Positions 1-13,274 of a DNA stretch of 64,000 nt are shown here, in pieces. The position numbers and the translations under genes are program-made. Below the pieces are notes generated by a model, which saw only the letters and a list, made by a program, of their open reading frames with translations, had not been told where the DNA came from and did no database searches. Each line of letters opens with the position of its first letter. Position 1 is the stretch's first letter. Origin of the DNA: Octopus vulgaris (Eukaryota); contig OX597840.1 of assembly GCA_951406725.2 (NCBI GenBank), forward strand, positions 1,798,001 to 1,862,000. The letters are read 5' to 3'.

Positions 1-205
1 CGGGACTTATTCTTTTGTAAACCCGGTACTAATTCTAGCGGTCTCTTTTGCCGAACCGCTAAGTAACGGGGATATAAACACACCAGCATCGGTTGTCAAG
101 CGATGCTAGGGGGACAAACACAGACACACAAACACAGACACACAAACACACACACGCATATATATATATATCAAACACAGACACACAAACACACAAACAC
201 ACACA

Positions 206-263
<58 letters not shown>

Positions 264-430
264 TATACGACGGGCTTCTTTCAGTTTCTGTCTACCAAAT
301 CCACTCACAAGGCTTTGGTCGGCCCGAGTCTATAGTAGAAGACACTTGCCCAAGGTGCAACGCTGTGGGACTGAACACGGAACGATGTGGTTGGTAAACA
401 AGCTACTTACCACACAGCCACTCCTGCGCC
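1..430 (-). mobile_element. SINE family A (tRNA-derived, CORE-like), 3' end runs off the window
   Basis: Reverse strand reads GGCGCAGGAGTGGCTGTGTGGTAAG...TTCAGTCCC...CCTTGGGCAAGT (A/B-box-like head plus CORE-like start), with an internal (TA)n/(TG)n tract; about 10 similar copies occur in the window. Confidence 0.9.
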
Positions 431-800
431 TGGAGTGGAATCCATTATCTTAGATTTCTTTAGATCCGACCCTTTTTTAACCGAAAATCTTATCCCGCAT
501 ATATTGCCGCGATTCTTGTCGCCTAATAATTTGCCAACACCAATTCAGCAACTTACGGTTTCCAGCTTTGGTAACCTATTGTTACTTGCTGTAATTGATT
601 CCTTTAGCTATTCGTCGCACACCATTTTCAAAATTCATCAAATTTCCAGTCGATAACTAGAACGACCATGTAAATGTATACGCTAAGATCGATAAGAGAA
701 GCAGCGTTCACAATAATCCTTAAAGGCAAACTTGAACATTACACAACAGACCAATAATCTCACTCTCGCTCTCTTTCTCTCTGTATCTATCTATCTGGGG

Positions 801-1180
801 AAGCACTCCGTCGGTTACGACGACGAGGGTTCCGGTTGATCGGAATCAACGAAACAGCCTGCTCGTGAAATTAACGTGTAAGTGGCTGAGCACTCCACAG
901 ACACGTGTACCCATAACGTAGTTCTCGGGGATATTCAGCGTGACACAGAGAGTGACAAGGCCGGCCCCTTGAAATACAGGTACAACAGAAACAGGAAGTA
1001 AGAGTGAGAGAAAATTGTGGTGAAAGAGTACAGCAGGGTTCACCACCATCCCCTGCCGGAGCCTCGTGGAGCTTTAGGTGTTTTCGCTCAATAAACACTC
1101 ACAACGCCCGGTCTGGGAATCGAAACCGCGATCCTATGACCGCGAGTCCGCTGCCCTAACCAATGGGCCATTGCACCTCT
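801..1180 (-). mobile_element. SINE family B (tRNA-Arg-like head), long-tail variant
   Basis: Near-identical to the copies at 17.1, 18.6, 19.3 and 58.6 kb; head TGGCCCA.TGGTTAGGGC...GGTTTCGATTCCC. Confidence 0.92.
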
Positions 1181-2142
1181 AGTACAATATGTACGTTACC
1201 TATTATACGTTAAACTCCGCCATTGGAAGGATGCAGTTATTTCATAAGCCATGACAAAGAAACAGATAATATGAACGATAAATAAATATATAGGCGTAGG
1301 AGTATTCTGCTCAATACCACAGATTTGCTTGTCAGTTGTTTGACCTTAACCTTAGTTACTGACGATATGTGCGTCTCTGATCACGAGCAAAGACAGTGGG
1401 GGAGCAATTTAAGAAGACATTAAATGCTTTTGTAATTAATTATTTACATCTTAAAATTAATTAATTTCTTGTATTTAGTAGGATCGAATTAAATGTAATG
1501 AAAAAACGGAGTTTCCGAAATGCATTCGGTGCATTTTAGATTCTCACAATCATACGGTTTTGCACACAACCTATCATAGACGAGTTAACACAGTACCTAA
1601 CATTCATATATTAGAGATTCGAGACATAAAGAGACAAAGAAGTGAAGTTTTAAATATATAAACGAAAAAGAAAAGTATATTATGATATTGACTTAAGAGC
1701 AGTTGTCAGAAACCTACATGATTGTAAGTACATTCTTCTGATGTTACGAAATAGATATAAACTAAGTTTTGTCTGAAGCATTGATTATCTAATGGGTACT
1801 TTAGATGATTTTTACAATCACATACACTGTTAAACCAGTTATTGAGTGATTTTCGTGCGAGAATTTCACATTTCATCTTTTGTGTACATTATATGGTTAG
1901 CTAGTTATCTCTTCCGTATTCTGATATGAAACATTTGATATTCATATATATTCTGTATTCGCGTAAAATATTTCAGATTCATTTTGTATAAACTTTAATG
2001 ATATTTTATTACCATAGTCCACATTATCATTATTAATATGATTACTATCGCCACCGTTATTGCCATTATCATTCGAGTAATTACTATTACCGCTGGTGCA
2101 ATTATTACTGTTATTATTATTATTATTGTTATTATTAACAAG

Positions 2143-2364
2143 GCGCGAGCTGGTAGGATCATTAGTACGATTGATACAATGCTGAGCAACATGTCTTCCG
2201 TCTTTACGTTCCAATTTCAAATTCTGCCGTGAACGAGTTGCCTTTCATCCTTTTGGGGTCGATAAATTAAGTAACAGTGAAACACTCGGTGTCAATGAAA
2301 CCGACTAGCTCCCGCCACCAAAACGGCTGCCCTTCTGACAAAATTCGAAAGCATAATTCGAAAG

Positions 2365-2365
<1 letters not shown>
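2143..2365 (+). mobile_element. SINE family C (Meta/MESC domain), diverged
   Basis: GCCTTTCATCCTTTTGGGGTCGATAAATTAAGTA motif; ends at an (ATT)n tract. Confidence 0.75.
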
Positions 2366-2454
<89 letters not shown>

Positions 2455-2533
2455 ATTTTGATAATAAAGGATAAAATTATTAACAGTTTTATAAGTGGCC
2501 AGCATATTCAATTAGACCTGTTAAGGTGAAATC

Positions 2534-2564
<31 letters not shown>

Positions 2565-2565
2565 C

Positions 2566-2630
<65 letters not shown>

Positions 2631-2672
2631 CACACATACATATATATATATATATACGTATATATATAGATG

Positions 2673-2706
<34 letters not shown>

Positions 2707-2712
2707 TATATA

Positions 2713-2769
<57 letters not shown>

Positions 2770-2772
<3 letters not shown>

Positions 2773-2893
2773 GGTCCCGGGTTGAGTCGGGGTTAACCAC
2801 AGTAAATAAGGTACTCAATACATAGCAGAGTAAATTAATTTATTTATTTTATAGAAGGAGCTTCATTCTATAAGCTCCTTCTATAAAATAAAT
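2770..2893. mobile_element. Short TA-embedded repeat with a 22-bp perfect hairpin (Penelope-like terminal fragment)
   Basis: The first 55 bp recur at 4533; arms at 2842-2863 and 2872-2893; flanked by (TA)n. Confidence 0.6.
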
Positions 2894-3766
2894 GTATATA
2901 TATATATATATACGAAGAGTTTCTCGGTTTTGTAAGGTGAAAACGCGTTGTAAGTGTAGTTGAATATATGTTTTTTAAGACGGCAAATTGTACCGCACAC
3001 ACACATTAGCACCGACCACCCAGCATGGTAGTTTGCAGAATTGTGAGCCACACTAAATGATCAGTATCAATATGTTAGGGTAAACTGTGTGCATGTGCAA
3101 ATAACTACTTTTGTCACATGTATGTAATTAAGTATCTGTTATTTGTATATTACATATATGTATGTTAATATGTGTATCTTTCTGCTTCTCTATCTGTCTA
3201 TCTATCAATCAATCTATCTATCGATCTATCTATCCCTCTATCTACCTATATATATATGTATAAATATATTAGCTATCTATAATAATATATGTTTAATCTA
3301 CCTACCAATTTATGTATGTATATATGTATATGTAGATGGTTAGATCGATATATACACTGACAGAAAAAAGCAATATAGGACCAAATATGAATACACACAC
3401 AATCATATATATACATTTGTAGATTGAGCTGTATGTACACACGGACACGCACCACTCCCCCACAGGTACATATAATTATTCATTCATATATAAGTATCCG
3501 TATACATATTTATATATATATGTAGTATATATTAATATATATATACATATATATATATATATAGATATATATATATATAAATACTCACAAACACATAGTC
3601 GAACATACAGATATGTACTTATACATACATACATAAAAATGTATATGTGTATGCGTATATATATATGTATATGTATATATATATATAATATAATATAAAT
3701 ATATATGTATATATATATGTTTATATATATATATACATATATATACATATGTATATATATAAGCAT

Positions 3767-3829
<63 letters not shown>

Positions 3830-4187
3830 TAGCTACAGTCAGGTCATGGATAATGAGATTCTCAATTTATTACTAATCCTTCGTTACCTGAAGAAGTGGA
3901 AGGAAGAAGTAAATGTAGGATTAGCAGCGCATTAGATTAATGCTGAGCGAACCATGTTTTATCCTATTATATGGCTTTAAAAGTACGTCATATTGACAGC
4001 GGAAAGGTATTAACATATCTGTGTGTCCCTGTGTCTGTGTGTGTGTCTTTGCATGTGTATATATATATATATAATTATATACAAATACACATACAAGTTT
4101 GCATCTATTCTTCACCACATTAAAAATTTTAACTATGTCAATATTTGGATTGCATCCAATTGATATATATATATATACAAACATATA

Positions 4188-4226
<39 letters not shown>

Positions 4227-4262
4227 CAATTGATATATATATATATATATATATATAAATTG

Positions 4263-4308
<46 letters not shown>

Positions 4309-4328
4309 TGATTTATATATATATATAT

Positions 4329-4375
<47 letters not shown>

Positions 4376-4501
4376 AAATAAATACACAGATATGAACATA
4401 GGAAGACCTATATATGAATCCATATAATTTTTGTATGTGAATGATTATAATTATATGTATACATATATGTGTGTGTGTGTGTGTATGCATAAACATATAT
4501 T

Positions 4502-4532
<31 letters not shown>

Positions 4533-4535
<3 letters not shown>

Positions 4536-4638
4536 GGTCCCGGGTTGATTCGGGGTTAACCACAGTAAATAAGGTACTCAATACATAGATTTCTCTTGAA
4601 TGAAACAGTTCTAGTCCTGTAGAAGCTCCTTCTATATA

Positions 4639-4643
<5 letters not shown>
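4533..4643. mobile_element. Second copy of the 2.8-kb repeat, with a hammerhead 3'-half-like GAAAC...GTC
   Basis: GTAGGTCCCGGGTTGA..CGGGGTTAACCACAG shared with 2770; GAAACAGTTCTAGTC near 4602; flanked by (TA)n. Confidence 0.55.
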
Positions 4644-4684
<41 letters not shown>

Positions 4685-5017
4685 TATAATGGAGAGAGAT
4701 GCCTATTAGGTATGTAACAAATACTAAAAGTACTAAGGGAACGAAATCTTTCCTCGTTGAATAAATCGATCTGTGTTGTATGTTCGTTATCGACGGTAAA
4801 AACAGTTCGTCTGTTGGATGAAAATTTATTTGACAACCATACGACATTCACCATGGACAACGGAAAGTGAAAGAACTATTAAATAGATAACTTGCCTATT
4901 GCCCAGGAATCGAATAATGAATATTTTATCATTTACTTGTGTCAGTCATTAGACTACGGCCATGCCGGAGCACCGACAAGATGAAATTTTAGACCGAAAT
5001 ATATATAAATATATATA

Positions 5018-5140
5018 TCGGAGAAAACACATAAATGTGAAACAAGTTGGAAAAAAGAGTTCTCAAATACCAGAGGTAGAGTAATATGCTTTAATTAAGA
5101 GCATCAGAAATATAACAAAATCTGTTACTCAGAGTTTCTC
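5018..5140 (-). mobile_element. Penelope-like terminal repeat fragment (same family as 6916 and 45311)
   Basis: Approximate reverse complement of 7035-7156. Confidence 0.7.
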
Positions 5141-5976
5141 TTTGAAATAAATTATATATATATATATACGTATATATATATATATATATATATATATACG
5201 TATATATATTAGAAAGGGAGACAGATTTACAATCAGTCAGTTAGTCAGACAGAAAAACTAATAGATAAATAGATAGATAGATAATGGTATATATCTGTGT
5301 GTGTGTGAGAGGGAGAGAGGAGAAAGAGAGAGAGAAAGACTGAGAAATTGCATATTCGTCGTCATTTCAACCGCTTGTCCACTTATTCGCTGCTACTAAC
5401 TCTACTAACTGTCGTTACCATCATTTCCTGTATATGACTTGAAATGCCAAATACAATTCTTTTAATAGTGTAGCTCAAATCTTCGAATTTTCACTAATTT
5501 TCACTTACTTCAGTACATGGTCGTTAAACTACTAAACATATCGCTCTTCCTTAACGAAGCCATACCCATTTTCCAAACTGTCGTTAGAATTTTTCTTCGA
5601 GAGTTTTAGCGGATTTTGTTTAGCCTTATACATTAATAGGCAGTTTTCGTAAAACATCTGCTTCGTAAATTTTGAAAATAAATTATTTCTTAATCATGAA
5701 AATGCTTTTATTCAGTGATAAATGTATTATTCATATTTTCTTACTCAGCGCTATTACATATGAAATTCATTTTAAGATATTATATAGCCTTATGGTCATT
5801 GTTAAATTATTGAAGAACTTGCGGAGTTCTATCAGGAAATTTTATAAAGCACCACATATAGATTGTCAGCTATTCTGCAAAGTGTTCGAATCGTTTTTCC
5901 TTTTATGTGAGTGTTTAAAAAACTACGTATTGTTCCTGGTTCATAAATATTATATTTTTTTTGTTTTCAAACAAAC

Positions 5977-6060
<84 letters not shown>

Positions 6061-6808
6061 CGTTTCTATTAGAGGCACAAAGATTGGTTTTGGATGACGC
6101 GCCTAAGTGTTTACTTCGACCCCAGTACTTAACTGGTACTATTTCATCGACCCGAAAGACTGAAATGTAATGGCGACCGCAGTGAAATTTGGACGGAAAT
6201 TGTTATAACACAATCGCTGCAAATATCCTTTCATCATAGCCGTAGTTGTCCCTAGTTTGTAGAAATATCAGCTAAATTTCTCCCCAGGAGCATACACTAG
6301 CGCTTGGAAATAGTGATAGACTTGGATTGAAAAACAAAGTACAAAAGAAGAAAGAGGTGGCCAAATCCAGAAAACCTATGGTAGTAATAAATCTGCTTTA
6401 CTACGAAACATATGGTGAGCCAAGCAACAAAATACTTAACAAACAGTTTCGTCACGAAGTGATAATAGAGTACCATAATACAATATGCTGTCACTATTTA
6501 ATATATACCTTTCTAAAGGTTTTCCGAGTTCAAGACCAACTGAGGTCAGCTATATCATTTTTCATACTTTATGTTTTTGTAATGGAAGCGCCAATAAATT
6601 CTTCTCATTCTTCAACTCAAGAGAACGTGCATTCCCTGCTATTGGGCGTAAGAATTAGTCTGTAAAATTAAGATAAATATCCTCACAGGAACACCAAATG
6701 CGTGGCTGAATCGTCAACACGTTCATTTCACTATCGCTCCGTTTTAGTGTCTCTTGTCGTAGCCTCTGTTCAAATATGTATACACATACACACACACACA
6801 CACACATA

Positions 6809-6841
<33 letters not shown>

Positions 6842-6915
6842 ATATATATATATAATGTGTGTGTATATATGTATACATGTATATATGTATATATGTATAT
6901 ATATGTATGTATATA

Positions 6916-7156
6916 CTTTATTTTAAGCAGCAGAAAAGTCAACAAAATCTGTTACTCTGAGTTTCTCGTTGCCGTTCATCTGACAGTTTTTGCTAGAAAA
7001 ACTTTCTAGCAAAAACTGTCTGATGAACGGCAACGAGAAACTCAGAGTAACAGATTTTGTTGAATTTTCTGCTGCTTAAAATAAAGCATATTACTCTACC
7101 ACTGGTATTTGAGTACTCTTTTTTCCACCTTGTTTCACATTTATGTGTTTACTCCG
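6916..7156 (+). mobile_element. Penelope-like terminal repeat with an 84-bp palindromic 5' inversion
   Basis: Arms 6916-6999 and 7003-7086 (2 mismatches) around a 3-nt loop; contains a hammerhead; flanked by TA microsatellites. Confidence 0.8.
7012..7058 (+). ncRNA. Type I hammerhead ribozyme motif
   Basis: CTGT-CTGATGA-ACG GCAA CGA-GAAA-CTC A GAG-TA-ACAG: stem I CUGU/ACAG, GNRA-capped stem II, quasi-palindromic stem III, GUA site at 7047-7049. Confidence 0.8.
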
Positions 7157-7161
7157 GTATG

Positions 7162-7194
<33 letters not shown>

Positions 7195-7196
<2 letters not shown>

Positions 7197-7383
7197 GAGG
7201 CTCCGGCAGGGGGGCGATCCCTGCTGTACTCTTTCACCACTCTTTCTCCAACTCCTTCTTCTGTTGGCCTGCTCGCTTAGCCAGCGGGGTGACGTCATTC
7301 GAAGGCTAAAGCAATGCGAACGCATTGTGACCAGCGATGTGTAACAACATCTGATGGTCTGGTCGGTCACGTGATCACGTGAT
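7195..7383 (+). mobile_element. SINE family B, RTE-tail variant, 5'-truncated
   Basis: Family B body followed by TGTGACCAGCGATGTG...GGTCGGTCACGTGATCACGTGA. Confidence 0.85.
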
Positions 7384-8648
7384 ATATGTATGTATATGTG
7401 TGTGTAGCTTGATGGATAGAGGAAGAGATACTTGCAAATATACAATGTTATATATATATATATGTGTGCACGACGGGCTTCTCTCAGTTTCCTTCAACCA
7501 AATCCACTCACAAGGCTTTGGCCCGAGGCTATAGTGGAAGACACTTGCTCAATATAGAAAGCAGTGGGACTGAACCTAGAACTATGTGCTTACAAAGAAT
7601 AAGTCCTTGGGTCGATTTCTTCGGCTAAAGGCTGTACTCCAGCATAGCCGCAGTCAAATTATTGAAACAAGTAAGAAAGTAAAAGAGTAAAAGAGACCCT
7701 GAAACGAGGGATGTCAAAGTTGCCCTCGATAGGATCTTAACTCAGAACACGAAGAGGGCTGAAACGTTGCCAAGCATTTTGCGCTGCATTTTATTTTATC
7801 TTATTTTATCTAGTTTCAGCTCACGAGCTGTGGCCATGCTGGGGCACCGCCAATCGAACGTTAACATAAATGTTAACGTTTCTGCTAAGCTAAGAACACA
7901 CATACACACACACATAAACACACATACACACGCGTACAAGTAGGACACACATACACAGTAAAGACACAGATCGGAAATTAGGATAATAAAATTACACAAC
8001 AAAGCTATAAGTACCTCTCTCTCTATATATACATGTATATACATATTCAACAATATATCGATTCTGCTAATCTATTAACAAATCAAACGTGTTAAATGGT
8101 AGCAAATTTAGTAGTATAATATATTTAATAGAGATTAGTAGCAAATTGTGACCGGCAACGATCAAGAAGAATATATTCAGGTGACAGACGGGTAAAGCAG
8201 ATTAAATAAAGGAGTTATGTCCTACTAACTATTTAAATTTAGCTTTATGACTGTGTTAAGTTCAATAAATACGTTACTGAGTGATTAGCAGTACTCTAGT
8301 GAATTTGCCCCTCTTTCTAGAATATCTAACTTTCTCTCTTCTCAGTATTTAGTTATGTCTACCTATATATAATTTTATAATTAACTTTACTATGTTATGT
8401 ATATAAAGATACTTATAAGTGTATATGTATATATATAAATATATATATATATATACAGATATATATGTATATATACATACATATATATACATATACATAT
8501 GTATATATACACATACATATATATGCATTTACATATATATATATAATACTTATATGCATCTATATAAATATATATGTATACATATGTATATATATAATAC
8601 ATATATATATACATATGTATATACATATATATGTATATGTATATATAA

Positions 8649-8765
8649 GCCTACTCGCTTAGCCAGCGGAATGGCGTCATTCGAAGGCTAAAACAATGCG
8701 AACGCATTGTGACCAGCGATGTGTAACAACATCTGATAGTCTTGTCGGTCACGTGATCACGTGAT
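8649..8765 (+). mobile_element. SINE family B, RTE-type tail only
   Basis: Matches 7268-7383 and 60866-60973. Confidence 0.8.
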
Positions 8766-9433
8766 GTATATATATATGTATGTGTGTGTGTGTGTGTATG
8801 CGCGTGTGTGTGTGTAAGTATGTATGCGTACGAGAAAGCCTACTTTTTTCAAGGATTTATATGGCCCCTTATTAGACTATTTTCTTTAGTCATTACGCTG
8901 TGATCGCTATAAATTTTAAGCTTATAAAACATTACACATACAGTTATGAAATACAATACATATGTACATCCATATACTTACACACAAGAGACCAAAGCTC
9001 TACGTACGCCACTATATGTATATATAAAAGAAGAAAACAAAACATGGAACAAGAACGTAACAAGCAACAACAAAACATCCGGACAGTTAGACAATACAAA
9101 AAAAGGACAGGAAAAAACAAGGACGGGTCATTCGGAGCTTCCTCTCCTCAGTCGAGTTCCAGATCGTCGTTGCAGTTTCGGTCGGTTAAACTCGAGACGG
9201 CTCCAATCGCGCCGGCGCGAATAAAATCTAAGCTAAGAGCACTGGACTCCTTGGTGCGCTGAATAAATTGTCGTCTAAATCAATTAAAAATGAAAATTAA
9301 CACTGGCATATCATTTAACAGATTTTTTATTCCTTTACTTCAGTTATTTGACTATGGTCATGCTGAGACACCACCTTTAGTCTAGCAATGTTACGGAGCC
9401 AAATACAGGCACGTAAACATACACCCACTCACT

Positions 9434-9465
<32 letters not shown>

Positions 9466-9483
9466 ATGTATATATATATATAT

Positions 9484-9890
9484 TACTCTTTTACTCTTTT
9501 ACTTGTTTCAGTCATTTGACTGCGGCCATGCTGGAGCACCGCCTTTAGTCGAGCAAATCGACCCCGGGACTTATTCTTTGTAAGCCCAGTACTTATTTTA
9601 TCGGTCTCTTTTGCCGAACCGCTAAGTAACGGGGACGTAAACACACCAGCATCTGTTGTCAAGCAATTCTAGGGGGACAAACACAGACACACAAACACAT
9701 ACACACACACATATATATATACATATATACCACAGGCTTCTTTCAGTTTCCGTCTACCAAATCCACTCACAAGGCATTGGTCGGCCCGGGGCTATAGCAG
9801 AAGACACTTGCCCAAGATGCCACGCAGTGGGACTGAACCCGGAACCATGTGGCTGGTTAGCAAGCTACTTACCACACAGCCACTCCTGCG

Positions 9891-9892
<2 letters not shown>
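9484..9892 (-). mobile_element. SINE family A, full length
   Basis: Complete head to (GAGTAAAA)n tail; a second 5' half follows at 9965-10126. Confidence 0.92.
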
Positions 9893-9964
<72 letters not shown>

Positions 9965-9967
<3 letters not shown>

Positions 9968-10126
9968 GACGGGCTTCTTTCAGTTTCAATCTACCAAATC
10001 CACTTACAAGCTTTGGTCGGTCCGACATTATATTAGAAGACACTTGCCCAAGATGCCACGCAGTGGGAGTGAACCCAGAACCATGTGCTTGGTAAGGAAG
10101 CAACTTGATACACAGCCACTCCTGCG
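9965..10126 (-). mobile_element. SINE family A, 5' half
   Basis: Similar to 9728-9890; ends in the internal (TA)n tract. Confidence 0.85.
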
Positions 10127-10199
10127 TTATATATTTACCAAAATTACATAAAAATATCTTGAAATCCTAAAGAGTAAATTTATTCAATAAATTCGCCAT

Positions 10200-10880
10200 T
10201 TGACTTCAGTCTTCGGCTTCCAGACGACTTCGGAATCTCCTGAACCTTCTCCTTTTTGAATTTCGTGAATGATGCCATAATCCTTGCCTTCAGTCATCTT
10301 TCATTATTACAATGTGTTTTGTTGGTCTCTCGCCCAACTGCGCCCCATATATGATAATCAAGAGGGCAGATGTCTGGGGTGTTAGGTAGCCAGATTTTAG
10401 AACTGATGTGATTGCAGAAATTGTCTGAAAGCCATGACTGGGTTCTCCTGCATGTGAGGCATGGTGCAGAGTCCTGTTCCAGCGGCCACACTCTTGACCC
10501 ACGACGGCACTACCTCATCCAGGCACTTGATGTATGCATCCGTGTTAAGTCTCAGGACGAGTCGCAAGATAAATAGAGGCATAACATCGCTATCACTCGT
10601 GATGACTCAAAACACCATGCTGTTGACTGGATGTTTGATATAGATTGCACTGTCCTGAGATTGAAACCCAAACACTCTGAAATGTTCATTTTGAAGCTTC
10701 CGATACGAAAGCCAAGCAGCACAGCATGTCCTTTCCAAATCTCTGGCAGAATGAATTACTCCATGGTACTGCTTTCTCACAGACGATGCCCAACTGACCC
10801 TACTATACTGTGTAGCCAATAAAAAAAATCAATGCCAAATTAAAAATATAAGGGGCCGATAATTTGCCCTTCGCACCCTG
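10200..10880 (-). pseudogene. maT (DD37D, Tc1/mariner superfamily) transposase relic with one terminal repeat
   Basis: Frames give IKHPVNSMVF, RLNTDAYIKCLDEVVPSWV and QDSAPC...WLPNTPDICPLDYHIWG, with 37 residues between the two catalytic Asp; TA-CAGGGTG end at about 10880; frameshifted. Confidence 0.88.
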
Positions 10881-10887
10881 TATATAC

Positions 10888-10934
<47 letters not shown>

Positions 10935-10939
<5 letters not shown>

Positions 10940-11150
10940 GGGCATTTTGATTGTGTTTTGTATAGAAAATTCACAAAAAAGTCACATCTATTGCATTTTT
11001 AATGGCTTTGCAGGGTGACTGGGGAAATGTAAAGATGTGCACAACCACCCTTGGACGGTTTTGAACGACCCTAGAAAGTGCGAGCCCTCTAACTGAATAA
11101 TTATGGATTTGTATAAAGGACACGCACACAGACATATTTTCGTTTATATA
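10935..11150 (-). mobile_element. Helitron-like non-autonomous element, 5' part
   Basis: Reverse strand starts TATATATAAACGAAAATATGTCTGTGTGCGTGTC, resembling non-autonomous Helitron 5' ends. Confidence 0.4.
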
Positions 11151-11167
11151 TATACATATATATATAC

Positions 11168-11224
<57 letters not shown>

Positions 11225-11750
11225 TAAGTATGTATATGACATATAACACCCGTATATTTCTGTTCTACATAATTACTTTATATTTTTCTAACTTGCAGTT
11301 TCTCAATTTACTTCATATATCAGAATAATGCACTTTTTTTTAATCATATATGATTGTTAACGAGTTATCAATACAAAATTCAACGGAAAATAGCTTACAA
11401 AATTGTCCTCTTTCGTACGAAAAAGATTTATGCTGACAATAACATAATACTGCAAACGGAAATTGGTTATTAAATATGTGAATTGTGTAGATATGAAAAA
11501 TTTCAATCTGAGTGAACAAGTTAATTCTGACAATTATGCAAGCGACCAGTAATTAGAGGAACATACTCGGAGTAAGTAACATCTAATTAAATATGTAAAT
11601 GTAAATGTCCATACAAGTATATACATACATACATATGTGTGTGTGTTTATGTGCGCTTGTGTGTGTATATATATATAAGCATATATGTACATAAATGTGT
11701 GCCTGTATATATATATGACTCTCGCTTATTTCTATGTCACTCTCTCCGTA

Positions 11751-12100
<350 letters not shown>

Positions 12101-12198
12101 GTAAAACGGTAAGATAACAAAAGAAAGAAAGAGGCCTCAATATTATGTAAATAGTGGGAATTTATCTGTAAAATAATGTGACAATTATTGGGTAGCCA

Positions 12199-12261
12199 AG
12201 ATAAAACTCTGAGTTTCGAATGCCGAGGTGGAAATCCACACCACCATCACTTCGGTTATCT
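12199..12261 (-). ncRNA. Degenerate hammerhead motif in a Penelope-like fragment (about 12098-12340)
   Basis: AGATAA-CCGAAGT-...-GAAA-CTCAGAG-TT-TTATCT: 6-bp stem I and the same stem III as the 7-kb motif. Confidence 0.6.
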
Positions 12262-12351
12262 AGCGATCTGAAAAATGCTGTGAAAAAAGACCGTTATACA
12301 AAAGGAAGTTAATGTGTTATAGTCCGCTACTTATATAAAAGCGCTAATTCA

Positions 12352-12531
12352 ATGACCGCTAATTAAAATAAGGTTAAAAGTTCATAGTAAACACATAAGC
12401 ATGCCTGCTCATACGGACACATATTCGCTCGCGCACCCACTGGCGTACGTATACATCACTATGAAAACTTATGAGCTGGCATGCTTACGTGTTTACTATG
12501 AACTTTTAATCTTATTTTAATTAGCGGTCAA
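12352..12531. repeat. Inverted-repeat unit with arms of about 60 bp
   Basis: TGACCGCTAATTAAAATAAG...GCTCATA pairs with TATGAGC...TTATTTTAATTAGCGGTCA; an inverted second copy lies at 12837-12987. Confidence 0.8.
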
Positions 12532-12836
12532 CACTTTTATATAATATATATATATATCCTCTTCCTTTTCTTTTGGCTCCAAGCCGAGGGCTTTGAACAG
12601 GCTGACTGACCTGCAGATAGACGGCAGGTAAGGTTTGCAGTGAAGTTTATATGAAGAAACCTGAAGGGGCGTGTATCAAATTTTCGTATTCAAAGTTTGA
12701 CAATAGGCAGAACGCCGTGCTACAGCATTTTCCAAATGTTCCCAACATCGCTTTCACTATACTGGAACATTTACTGCACCAGTTCAAGGGCTCACAGCTC
12801 CTCGGTATCATCCTAAAAACCTGTGTTCTTGAGTAT

Positions 12837-12987
12837 CTAATTAAAATAAGATTAAAAGTTCATAGTAAACACGTAATCATGCCTGCTCATACATTTTCAT
12901 AGTGAAGTATATGTACGCACGTAGGTACGCGAGCGAACATGTGTGTGTATGAGCAGGCATGCTTACGTGTTTACTATGAACTTTTAA
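12837..12987. repeat. Second, inverted copy of the 12352 hairpin unit
   Basis: Same arms, spacer in the reverse orientation; right end merges into SINE B. Confidence 0.75.
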
Positions 12988-13274
12988 CGTGTAAGTGGCA
13001 GAGCACACCACAGACAGTTCTACCTCCAACGTAGTTCTCGGGGAGATTAAGCATAACACAGTGCGTGACGAGAGCGACCCTTAGAAATACAGGTACGACA
13101 GAAACAGCAACAAGGAGTGAGAGAAAGTTGAGGAGAAAGAGTACAGCAGGGTTCAACACAACCCCTTGCTTGAGCATCGTGGAGCTTTAGGTGTTTTCGC
13201 TCAATAAACACTCACAACGCTCGGTCTAGGAATCGAAACCGCCATCCCTCGACCGCGAGTCCGCTGCCCCAGCC
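12987..13274 (-). mobile_element. SINE family B, older copy missing its 3' end
   Basis: Diverged match to the family B head and body. Confidence 0.85.

Noticed and set aside
846-1098. Recurrent ORFs MVVIPAVLFHHNFL..., MFIERKHLK... and MLGGQTQTHKH... at several loci
   Set aside because: They are incidental frames inside SINE families A and B, not a gene family.
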